Origin: the human T2T-CHM13v2.0 reference genome, Homo sapiens
Length of the DNA: 64,000 nt
NCBI RefSeq assembly: GCF_009914755.1
Contig: NC_060931.1
Reading direction: 5' to 3' (one strand)
Of this stretch, positions 44,408-55,695 are shown piece after piece (positions within the stretch are counted from its first letter, which is position 1; every line of letters begins with the position of its first letter). A program made the translations under genes and the position numbers. A model generated the notes under the pieces. It searched no databases. It had not been told where the DNA came from and saw only the letters and a list, made by a program, of their open reading frames with translations.

Positions 44408-45642
44408 CTGGAAATTGAGAAATATAGTTCTTGGCTTCTGTGCATGTGTGTACACCTACATGCCTGAGCATGACTGAGAATGGGCAATTACCCAGCCACA
44501 ACCCAAATAAAATTTATGGTAGTCTAACAAGGCTAACACAGAGAAATAAAATGCGGAGATAGAATGGCTAGAATTAATAATGCATGGTCTAAATGCACAA
44601 ACTACACAGGCAACAAAGGGACTTCCCAACTGTGTGGCTCCACAGGAAAGCCTGTTTTGGGTGGGTCAGTACTAACATGCAAAGTCTGACTTCAAAATAG
44701 AAATAAAACCAGAGGGTCTTCTCTATCCACTTCCTTGTAAATCTTAGATTTATTTAAATATAAAGTCAATTACTTGGGCAACTCCTCTGAGGAATCAATA
44801 GCCCTTCTGATTTAAAATTCATTGTGTAGGTTTAAAAATAAGTTGACTCTTAAAGGAATTGTTGCTGGAAGTGACTTTTAGTGGAATGTATTAACTTTCA
44901 TTTGGATTAACTGTGGCTAATTTTAAAATACTGAACTTTGTCATCCGCCTGCTTGAACATTTCTTTTTAGTTTTTTAAAGGGCTTTGGAGGCCTTCTGTA
45001 CCATTAGAGCAGTAGTTTTTTTAAGGTTATACAGTGTGTTCCTGTATCCTTCATTTTCAGTGACACGTGGCTTCTTAGCAATACAAATGTGATGACAACA
45101 GGATTTTAAAGCAGCAAATTGGTTAAAACTGGGATAGATGGGCAAATCACCACCCATGATGTCCACCAGCCTTGGAAGGGCCAATTTCATCATCCGCTAT
45201 GTCTTCGGCAACCAACCCATTTTTTTCCTCCACCTTGGTTTTTCATTGGTATAATGTCAACATTCTGTTAATGTGTCCTTGGGATCTATCAACTTTACGA
45301 TTTCTTAACTAGCTTCCCTCTACAAATATGTTTTTATACTCTATTACTTTTCTTCTGTTTCAACTGTAATTTAAAATTTTTTAAGTTTCACATGATTTTC
45401 CTGATAAATGAGAAAAAGTCTAAATCTTTCAACTGTCTATTTGATCCCATTACTCTCATCACCAATAGGACCAGTGCTTGGTGTACTCACCTACAGAATA
45501 GCTATGGATATTGCAGGAGCATGGAGAGTTGCAATGTTGCCCTCTCTTGATCCCAGTGGCCCCTACAAAGTGGGAGCCATGAGGCCAGGTACTGAGAAGT
45601 GCCCAGTGAATACATGCTGCTGCTGTTACTAATAATATTACT

Positions 45643-45763
45643 GTTTCTAAAGGATGGCCACCCTGTTTGAGGGCCTTGGCAGCAACTGCCCAGCTAGTAC
45701 AAGAAGCAAAAAAGCTGACTCTTGGGCAAAACCTGAACATAAAGGCCTCCCATTTCGTGGTGG
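45643..45763 (+). mobile_element. ERV1 pol 3' remnant (VSKGWPPCLRALAATAQLVQEAKKLTLGQNLNIKASH)
   Basis: Homologous to the last ~120 nt of the long blocks. Confidence 0.9.
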
Positions 45764-45911
45764 TTGAGAGCCAGCCCCTCTTCCCCCTCTGGCTCTTGTG
45801 ACCCCCATCACAGGGTGGGGAGACACCCCCCGCGAGGCGGGGACTGAGAGCCAGCCCCTCTTCCCCCACTGGCTTAGGACGCCCATCGGGGATCCTAAGA
45901 TCCTTAGGACC

Positions 45912-46511
45912 CACCTGGAGGACTGTGGGTATGAGGTGTTCAAGAAGAAAGCTCAAATCTTCCGACGGCAGGTACCTTGCGTGGGATTTACAATACGACA
46001 GGGGTCCGAACGCAGCTCAGGAACAGAAAGAAAGCAGGTTATTTGCAATCTACCGGAGCTTAAGGGCAGAAGGCAGGTGAGAGAATTCTTAGGAGCTGTG
46101 GGGTTTTGTAGGCTGTGGATCCCAAACGTTGCAGTATTAGCCAAGCCTTTGTATGAGGTCACAAAGGGGGCGGGGACCCGGAACCTTTGAAATGGGGATC
46201 CCGACAACAGCAAGTCTTTCATTAGTTATAAGAAAATCTTCTGGCAGCCCCAGCCCTGGGGCTACCCGATCTGACAAAGCCTTTTCCATTGTATGCGTCA
46301 GAGAGAGAAAAGATGGCAGCTGGACTTTTAACCCAAACTGTGGGGCCCTGGCTGAGGCCGGTAGCCTACGTCTCTAAACAACTAGACAGGGTTGCTAAAG
46401 AATGGCCCCCCTATTTGAGGGCCTTGGCAGCAACTGCCCTGCTAGTACAAGAAGCAAATAAGCTGATTCTTGGGCAAAACCTGAACATAAAGGCCCCCCA
46501 TTTTGTGATGG
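45912..46511 (+). mobile_element. Gammaretroviral (HERV-E-like) pol fragment, long block 1: end of RT palm, thumb and connection; defective
   Basis: HLEDCGYEVFKKKAQI...[25 protein letters not shown]...[13 protein letters not shown]...[20 protein letters not shown] aligns with MLV RT ([20 protein letters not shown]; [13 protein letters not shown]; [20 protein letters not shown]); frameshift and stops; no YxDD motif. Confidence 0.93.
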
Positions 46512-47139
46512 CTGAGATCCATCCCCTCTTCCCCCCTGACTCTTGGGACTCCCATTGCGGGTGGAGGGAGGCATCCCCCATGAGGCGGGGACTCAGAGCC
46601 AACCCCTCTTCCCCCCCCTGGCTCTTGGGACCACCATCGCAGGGGGGGAGGCAATCCCCGCGAGGCGGGGACTGCGAACCTCCCCCTTTCCTCCCCTGGC
46701 TCTTTGCACCCCCATCGCAGGGGGGGAGGCACCCCTCGTGATGCGGGGACTGAGAGCGAGCCCCTCTTCCCCCCTTTGCTCTTAGGACCCCCATCGCTGG
46801 GGGCGGAGGCACCCCCCGCGAGGCAGGGACTGAGAGCCAGTCCCTCTTCCCCCCCTGGCTCTGAGGACCCCCATCGCAGGAGGGGGAGGCAACCCCGCGA
46901 GGGTGGGGACTGAGAGCTATCCTCTCTTCCGCACCTGGCTGTTGGTACCCCCATCGTAGGGGGGGGGAGGCACCCTCCGCGAGGCAGGGACTGAGAGCCA
47001 ACCCCTGGTTCCCCCACTGGCTCTTAGGACCCCCATCGCAGAGGGGGGACGCACCCCCCGCGAGGCGGGGACTGAGAGCCAGACCCTCTTCCCCCCCCAG
47101 CTTAGGACCCACATCGTTGATCCTAAGATCCTTAGGACC

Positions 47140-47216
47140 CACCTGGAGGACTGCGGGTGGTAGGTGTCCAAGTAGAAAGTTCAAATCTTCCGATGGCAGG
47201 TACCTTACGTGGGATT
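47140..47216 (+). mobile_element. 77-nt pol 5' stub 1
   Basis: First 77 nt of the long block, then gggatt|actgagagcc back into the minisatellite. Confidence 0.9.
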
Positions 47217-47849
47217 ACTGAGAGCCAGTCCCTCTTCCCCCCCGGCTCTGAGGAACCCCATCACAGGAGGGGGAGGCACCCCCCACGACAGTGGGGACTG
47301 AGAGCTATCCCCTCTTCCGCCCCTGGCTGTTAGTACCCCCATCGCAGGTGGGGAGGCACCCCCTACGAGAGTGGGGACTGAGAGCTATCCCCTCTTCCGC
47401 CCCTGGCTGTTAGTACCCCCATCGCAGGGTGGGGGAGGCACCCCCCCGCGAGGCAGGGACTGAGAGCCAGCCTCTGTTCCCCCACTGGCTCTTAGGACCC
47501 CCATCGCAGAGGGGGGAGGGACCCCCCACGAGGCGGGGACTGAGAGCCAGTCCCTCTTCCCCCTCTGGCTCTTAGGAACCCCATCGCAGGAGGGTGTGGC
47601 ACCCCCCACGAGGGTGGGGACTGAGAGCTATCCCCTCTTCCGCCCCTGGCTGTTAATACCCCCATCGCAGGGTGGGGGAGGCACCCCCCGCGAGGTAGGG
47701 ACTGAGAGCCTGCCCCTGTTCCCCCACTGGCTCTTAGGACACCCATCGCAGAGGGGGGAGGCACCCCCCTTGAGGCGGGGACTGAGAGCCAGACCCTCTT
47801 CCCCCCCTGGCTTAGGGCCCCCATCGTTGATCCTAAGATCCTTAGGACC

Positions 47850-48445
47850 CACCTGGAGGACTGTGGGTATTAGGTGTCCAAGTAGAAAGATCAAATCTTC
47901 CGACGGCAGGTACCTTACATGGGATTTACGATCCGACGGGTCCGAACGCAGCTCGGGAACAGAAAGAAAGCAGGTTATTTGCAATCTACCGGAGCTTAAG
48001 GGCAGAAGGCAGGTGAGAGAATTCTTAGGAGCTGTGGGGTTTTGTAGACTGTGGATCCCAAACTGCAGTATGAGCAAAGCCTTTGTATGAGGTCACAAAG
48101 GGGGCGGGGACCCGGAACTTTTGAAATGGGGATCCCAACAACAGCAAGTTTTTCATGAGTTACAAGAAAATCTTCTGACAGCCCCAGCCCTGGGGCTACC
48201 CGATCTGACAAAGCCTTTTCCATTGTATGCGTCAGAGAGAGAAAAGATGGCAGCTGGACTTTTAACCCAAACTGTGGGGCCCTGGCTGAGGCCCGTAGCC
48301 TACGTCTCTAAACAACTAGACAGGGTTGCTAAAGGATGGCCCCCCTATTTGACGGCCTTGGCAGCAACTGCCCTGCTAGTACAAGAAGCAAATAAGCTCA
48401 TTCTTGGGCAAAACCTGAACATAAAGGGCCCCCATTTTGTGATGG
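47850..48445 (+). mobile_element. HERV-E-like pol long block 2; defective
   Basis: Near-identical to block 1, with two 2-nt deletions. Confidence 0.93.
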
Positions 48446-48988
48446 CTGAGATCCATCCCCTCTTCCCCCCTGGCTGTTGGGACCCGCATCGCGGGAGGGG
48501 AGGCACCCCCCGCGAGGCGGGGACTCAGAGCCAACCCCTCTTCCCCCCCTGGCTCTTGGGACCACCATCGCAGGGGGGGAGGCAATCCTCCCGAGGCGGG
48601 ACTGCAAACCTCCACCTTTCCTCCCCTGGCTCTTTGCACCCCCATCGCAGGGGGGGAGGCACCCCTCACGACACGGGGACTGAGAGCGAGCCCCTCTTCC
48701 CCCCTTTGCTCTTAGGATCCCCATCGCTGGGGGCGGAGGCACCCCCCGCGAGGCAGGGACTGAGAGGCAATCCCTCTTCCCCCCCTGGCTCTTAGGACCC
48801 CCATCGCAGGAGGGGGAGGCACCCCCCGCGAGGCAGGGACTGAGAGCCAGCCCCTGGTTCCCCCACTGGCTCTTAGGACCCCCATCGCAGAGGGGGGAGG
48901 CACCCCCCGCGAGGCGGGGACTGCGAGCCAGACCCTCTTCCCCCTCTGGCTTAGGACCTCCATCGTTGATCCTAAGATCCTTAGGACC

Positions 48989-49065
48989 CACCTGGAGGAC
49001 TGCGGGTGTTAGGTGTCCAAGTAGAAAGTTCAAATCTTCCGACGGCAGGTACCTTACGTGGGATT
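48989..49065 (+). mobile_element. 77-nt pol 5' stub 2
   Basis: Same end-points as stub 1. Confidence 0.9.
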
Positions 49066-49455
49066 ACTGAGAGCCAGTCCCTCTTCCCCCCCCTGGCTCT
49101 GAGGACCCCCATCGCAGGAGGGGGAGGCACCCCCCACGAGAGTGGCGACTGAGAGCTATCCCCTCTTCCGCCCCTGGCTGTTAGTACCCCCATCGCAGGG
49201 GGGGAGGCACCCCCCGCGAGGCAGGGACTGAGAGCCAGTCCCTCTTCCCCCCCTGGCTCTTAGGACGCCCATCACAGGAGGGGGACGCACCCCCCATGAG
49301 GCAGGGACTGAGAGCCAGCCCCTGTTCCCCCACTGGCTCTTAGGACCCACATCACAGAGTGGGGAGGCACCCCCCACGAGGCGGGGACTGAGAGCCAGAC
49401 CCTCTTCCCCCACTGGCATAGGACCCCCATCGTTGATATTAAGATCCTTAGGACC

Positions 49456-50051
49456 CACCTGGAGGACTGTGGGTATTAGGTGTCCAAGTAGAGAGTTCAA
49501 ATCTTCTGACGGCAGGTACCTTATGTGGGATTTACGATCCGACGGGTCCGAACGCAGCTCGGGAACAGAAAGAAAGCAGGTTATTTGCAATCTACCGGAA
49601 ATTAAGGGCAGAAGGCAGGTGAGAGAATTCTTAGGAGCTGTGGGGTTTTGTAGACCGTGGATCCCAAACTGCAGTATTAGCCAAGCCTTTGTATGAGGTC
49701 ACAAAGGGGGCGGGGACCCGGAACTTTTGAAATGGGGATCCCAACAACAGCAAGTTTTTCATGAGTTACAAGAAAATCTTCTGGCAGCCCCAGCCCTGGG
49801 GCTACCCGATCTGACAAAGCCTTTTCCATTGTATGCGTCAGAGAGAGAAAAGATGGCAGCTGGACTTTTAACCCAAACTGTGGGGCCCTGGCTGAGGCCG
49901 GTAGCCTACATCTCTAAACAACTAGACAGGGTTGCTAAAGGATGGCCCCCCTATTAGAGGGCCTTGGCAGCAACTGCCCTGCTAGTACAAGAAGCAAATA
50001 AGCTGATTCTTGGGCAAAACCTGAACATAAAGGCCCCCCATTTTGTGATGG
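49456..50051 (+). mobile_element. HERV-E-like pol long block 3; defective
   Basis: Shares both deletions with block 2; extra TAG after GWPPY. Confidence 0.93.
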
Positions 50052-50677
50052 CTGAGATCCATCCCCTCTTCCCCCCTGGCTCTTGGGACTCCCATCACAG
50101 GGGGGGGAGGCACCCGCTGCGAGGCGGGGACTCAGAGCCAACCCCTCTTCCCCCCCTGGCTCTTGGGACCACCATCGCAGGGGGGGAGGCAATCCCCGCG
50201 AGGCGGGGACTGCGAACCTCCCCCTTTCCTCCCCTGGCTCTTTGCACCCCCATCGCAGGGAGGGAGGCACCCCTCGCGACGCGGGGACTGAGAGCGAGCC
50301 CCTCTTCCCCCCTTTGCTCTTAGGATCCCCATCGCTGGGGGCGGAGGCACCCCCCGCGAGGCAGGGACTGAGAGGCAATCCCTCTTCCCCCCCTGGCTCT
50401 GAGGACCCCCATCGCAGGAGGGGGAGGCAACCCTGCGAGGGTGGGGACTGAGAGCTATCCCCTCTTCCGCCCCTGGCTGTTGGTACCCCCATCGCAGGGG
50501 GGGGGAGGCACCCCCCGCGAGGCAGGGACTGACAGCCAGCCCCTGGTTCCCCCACTGGCTCTTAGGACCCCCATCGCAGAGGGGGGACGCACCCCCCGCG
50601 AGGCGGGGACTGAGAGCCAGACCCTCATCCCCCACCGGCTTAGGACCCACATCGTTGATCCTAAGATCCTTAGGACC

Positions 50678-50754
50678 CACCTGGAGGACTGCGGGTGTTA
50701 GGTGTCCAAGTAGAAAGTTCAAATCTTCTGACGGCAGGTACCTTACGTGGGATT
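50678..50754 (+). mobile_element. 77-nt pol 5' stub 3
   Basis: Same end-points as stub 1. Confidence 0.9.
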
Positions 50755-51715
50755 ACTGAGAGCCAGTCCCTCTTCCCCCCCGGCTCTGAGGACCCCCATC
50801 GCAGGAGGGGGAGGCACCCCCCACGAGAGTGGCGACTGAGAGCTATCCCCTCTTCTGCCCCTGGCTGTTAGTACCCCCATCGCAGGGTGGGGGAGGCACC
50901 CCCCCGTGAGGCAGGGACTGAGAGCCAGTCCCTCTTCCCCCCCTGGCTCTTAGGACCCCCATCGCAGGAGGGGGAGGCACCCCCCGCGAGGGTGGGGACT
51001 GAGAGCTATCCCCTCTTCCGCCCCTGGCTTTTGGTACCCCCATCGCAGGGGGGGGAGGCACCCTCCGCTAGGCAGGGACTGAGAGCCAACCCCTGGTTCC
51101 CCCACTGGCTCTTAGGACCCCCATCGCAGGAGGGGGAGGCACCCCCCGCGAGGGTGGGGACTGAGAGCTATCCTCTCTTCCGCACCTGGCTGTTGGTACC
51201 CCCATCGTAGGGGGGGGGAGGCACCCTCCGCGAGGCAGGGACTGAGAGCCAACCCCTGGTTCCCCCACTGGCTCTTAGGACCCCCATCGCAGGAGGGGGA
51301 GGCACCCCCCGCGAGGGTGGGGACTGAGAGCTATCCCCTCTTCCGCCCCTGGCTTTTGGTACCCCCATCGCAGGGGGGGGAGGCACCCTCCGCTAGGCAG
51401 GGACTGAGAGCCAACCCCTGGTTCCCCCACTGGCTCTTAGGACCCCCATCGCAGGAGGGGGAGGCACCCCCCGCGAGGGTGGGGACTGAGAGCTATCCTC
51501 TCTTCCGCACCTGGCTGTTGGTACCCCCATCGTAGGGGGGGGGAGGCACCCTCCGCGAGGCAGGGACTGAGAGCCAACCCCTGGTTCCCCCACTGGCTCT
51601 TAGGACCCCCATCGCAGAGGGGGGAGGCACCCCCCGCGAGGCGGGGACTGCGAGCCAGACCCTCTTCCTCCCCCAGCTTAGGACCCCCATCGTTGATCCT
51701 AAGATCCTTAGGACC

Positions 51716-51792
51716 CACCTGGAGGACTGTGGGTGTTAGTTGTCCAGGTAGAAATTTCAAATCTTCCGACGGCAGGTACCTTACGTGGAATT
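51716..51792 (+). mobile_element. 77-nt pol 5' stub 4
   Basis: Same end-points as stub 1. Confidence 0.9.
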
Positions 51793-52584
51793 ACTGAGAG
51801 CCAGTCCCTCTTCCCCCCCTGGCTCTGAGGAACCCCATCACAGGAGGGGGAGGCACCCCCCACGAGAGTGGGGACTGAGAGCTATCCCCTCTTCCGCCCC
51901 TGGCTGTTAGTACCCCCATCGCAGGGGGGGAGGCACCCCCCACGAGAGTGGGGACTGAGAGCTATCCCCTTTTCCGCCCCTGGCTGTTAGTACCCCCATC
52001 GCAGGGTTGGGGAGGCACCCCCCCGCGAGGCAGGGACTGAGAGCCAGCCCCTATTCCCCCACTGGCTCTTAGGACCCCCATCGCAGAGGGGGGAGGGACC
52101 CCCCATGAGGCGGGGACTGAGAGCCAGTCCCTCTTCTCCCTCTGGCTCTTAGGAACCCCATTGCAGGAGGGTGTGGCACCCCCCACGAGGGTGGGGACTG
52201 AGAGCTATCCCCTCTTCCGCCCCTGGCTGTTGGTACCCCCATCGCAAGGGGGGGAGGCACCTCCCGCGAGGCAGGGACTGAGAGCCATTCCCTCTTCCCC
52301 CCCTGGCTCTTAAGACCCCCATCGCAGGAGGGGGAGGCACCCCCCGCGAGGGTGGGGACTGAGAGCTATCCCCTCTTCCGCCTCTGGCTGATAGTACCCC
52401 CATCGCAGTGAGGGAGGCACCCCCCACGAGGCAGGGACTGAGAGCCACTCCCTCTTCCCCCTCTGGCGCTTAGGACCCCCATCCCAGCGGGGGGAGGCAC
52501 CTCCCGTGAGGTGGGGACTGAGAGCCAGCCCCTCTTCCCCCCCGGCTTAGGACCCCCGTCGTGGATCCTCAGATCCTTAGGACC

Positions 52585-52643
52585 CACCTGGAGGACTGTG
52601 GATATTAGGTGTCCTAGAAGAAAGTTCAAATCTTCCGACGGCA
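52585..52643 (+). mobile_element. Terminal 59-nt pol stub ending the array
   Basis: cacctggaggactg...cttccgacggca, then unrelated sequence. Confidence 0.88.
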
Positions 52644-54070
52644 AGTGCATGATAGTCTGCATGAAACCCTAATAAAAAAGACAGTGAAGGAGAATCATGT
52701 CAGGAGCTGATACTCCTGAGTCTCGGGAAGCCTCCAGGGACAGAGCACAGCTAGAGCATCCAAGAATGAGAAGAGCCCTAGAGCAAACGCAAAGCCCAGG
52801 AAGAGATAATTGGTTTGAGAAGAAAAGGGTCCAGGAGTTATTGCAACCCAGCTAGCAAGCAGAGTCCTGGGCTGATCAGAGTGGGGAAAAGCCACTGAGT
52901 TGTTCAATGGTAGGACAAACAGAGCCCTGCTGCAGGGAGGGGACACTCATCTACCCTGTACCCCCATACACCTCTGTCCCGCTCCCCGTTCAGGCTGACA
53001 ATGTGCTCACCACACAGCAGCACCTCCTGGTCTTGATTGTTGGGGCCCTCGCAATCATTGCACTGGCCCGTCCTGCCATCTGACCAGAGCTCTTCCCTGC
53101 TACACTCTTCTGTGAGTCTCCAGCAGGACCTTTTGCACATCAGCAAGCTGGGCAGCGTCAAGTGCCTGGAATCCACCCCATGCCTTCCCACCTCTGGACA
53201 TTTGCTCATGGTTCAATTCATGGCCATTGAACTTGTCTTGGTCAGTTTTCTTTCAGCTCTCAGTGATAGACACATTCCACAATGACCTACAGAGAAAAAA
53301 AAGGCTCAAATTGTATAGCAAACCACTACCTCTACTAAAGTAACCTATTGTTCTTTAGAACTGAAGACCAGAGGCTGTGGGACTTCAGTCTTATCTGGGA
53401 TGTGGTGCTGACATGATGTTCCCAAAACTCTTTCTATCTGTGTCCCTAACTCTCAGATTTACTTTTCTCTGTGGGTGTTAATCTCAAGCAGATAGCAAAG
53501 GTAGTTTCTGCTCTAAGCTCATGAAGTTTTACAGTTCCTAACGAGAGAGGAAGACAGAGGCATGCTCTCTCCCAGGGTCTACATGTGAAATCTCATTCAG
53601 GGTTTCTGGTTGATCCAGCACTGGTCACATGGCCCAGCCACTTGGAGTCAGTTGTGTTGTCAGAGCCTGCACCGCAAGCGCGTTGCACAGACAGGAACAG
53701 GACTGGCCAGGGAGGGAATCTCCATTAGGACAAAGTGGTTCTGCAGACCTTGCAGCGTCTCCTCCTCAAATGCCTTTTCCTTACAAGAGCTTCCTCTCAA
53801 AATGCACCCCTCCTTTCAGGTCCCATTCTAATGCTGTCACCTCCAAAGCAGCAACCTCATCTACCTGTCTCAACTCCCTAAATGGGTGACTGTTCCTGCA
53901 TCTGAATTTCCATAGCATTATCATGACACACCATCCTCACCATTGTCACTATCTTACCTGTAATCATAGCTGCTTGTGATGAGCAGCAGCTGGAAGGACA
54001 GACATCACTGCCACTTAAACCAGCTCCAACAAGGCAGAGATGAAATAGACCGGAAGAAGGGGCAAGGCTG

Positions 54071-54193
54071 TGAGGGCCCTGGGAGCAAGCAGGGACACCT
54101 CCCATCACTCTTTGAGGGCCCTGGGAGCAAGCAGGGACACCTCCCATCACTCTTTGAGGGCCCTGGGAGCAAGCAGGGACACCTCCCATCACT
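54071..54193. repeat. 42-bp perfect minisatellite x2.9
   Basis: Unit tgagggccctgggagcaagcagggacacctcccatcactctt at 54071, 54113 and 54155. Confidence 0.97.
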
Positions 54194-54847
54194 GGCTGCC
54201 ATACAGGGTGAAAACAATACAGCCTGAGTGCCCACATTCCATTCCAGCATTCCCCCCAGTAAGAACAAAACAGGAAGGGCCCAAGGAAAACACAACCAGC
54301 AGTGAAGTGGAGCTCTGTCCTCTTTGCTGTCCTCACTGGCCGGGTGCACAGGCCAGGCCCTACTGAATACTACTACCTAAGCAGTTACACCATGGCCTTA
54401 GTACCCCCGCCCCCGAGAGCAGAAATTGTAAGCAAATTGTCCATCAAGGTATAATGGCAAAAGGCACAAATTAGGACCAGGCCAATGGTATAAATACACC
54501 TGCCTGTCACCCAGCCCCTAGAGCTCCTTGGAGAAGCCTGAGTCCTGTGTTCCACGGACATCAGTGGCATAGAGGCCCTGAGTTGGACTCAGGTTTTCCT
54601 CAGGGACTGGGTTTTCCTCAGGGAATGGGGCAAGTTCCTGGGGGCCAAGGATGTCTTCTGACTGGCCTGCATGAGGGCTTCAGGAGGTGAGTTGTTTTAT
54701 CCTCCTAAGAAGCCGCCTTGGTATCCCACTGGCCTTAAGCAGTCCCAGAATACCCATAATTTTTCCTGTTGGAGACCCTCACATTCTTCTAAGCCTCACC
54801 TTCATACTTCTGTGACTACTGAAATATCAGCCACGGCTAGGTTCAGA

Positions 54848-55183
<336 letters not shown>

Positions 55184-55695
55184 TGATGCCACATTGCAAT
55201 TAAATGGACTTGTCCCTACTGAACAGAGCCCTCTGCTGTTGTGCCCTGGAGCCAGGTTAACACGCATGTGCTCTATGCCACGAAGAACACCCACCAAGCT
55301 GAGGGGCCCTGCAGGCATTCACATGGGAAACTGCCATTGCGAATGGAGTGAGTGAGGCAGCTTAAGTGGTGGGAGGGGTGCATGGGAAGGGGCTCCTGAG
55401 CAGGACCTTCAAGGGTGCTAGAGTTTGGCAGAGACAAGAGTAGGAGCGAAGAAAGTGAGAGTCTCATGTAAAAGGGCAAGGTCACCTTCCTGAACAGGGA
55501 AGATAAATCATAGTGGATATTGTACAATAAAGATTTTATTCATTCATCTATGACAAACTTTTACTCGATACCAACCATGGCCTGATGCAAGGCTGACACC
55601 ATGGGATACAGAAATGCTTTTGAGTGTCAGTCTGGGGAGAGACAGGCATGTGAGCAAATAAATGAGCTGGGTCTGTCCCATGAAGAGTCTAGAAT

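Larger units (their letters stand above)
45643..52643 (+). repeat. Composite higher-order tandem array: ERV1 pol fragments alternating with a GC-rich ~80-82-bp minisatellite (SATR-like)
   Basis: Unit ~actgagagccagcccctcttccccccctggctcttaggacccccatcgcaggggggggaggcaccccccgcgaggcgggg; period 80-81 measured at 46829/46909/46990/47071; ~55 units in 8 runs. Confidence 0.95.

Noticed and set aside
45798-50051. Active reverse transcriptase / retron-like or domesticated pol gene
   Set aside because: No fingers or YxDD catalytic motif, frameshifts and stops in every copy, and no LTR or primer-binding site
45643-52643. CRISPR-like repeat-spacer array or SVA VNTR
   Set aside because: Eukaryotic DNA; the intervening segments are repeated copies rather than unique spacers; no CCCTCT hexamer, Alu-like or SINE-R domain
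46411-52662. Many 100-257-aa ORFs in the array, including the pol-satellite read-through 48121-48795
   Set aside because: Translations of GC-rich repeat units, mostly with non-ATG starts; no evidence of coding function
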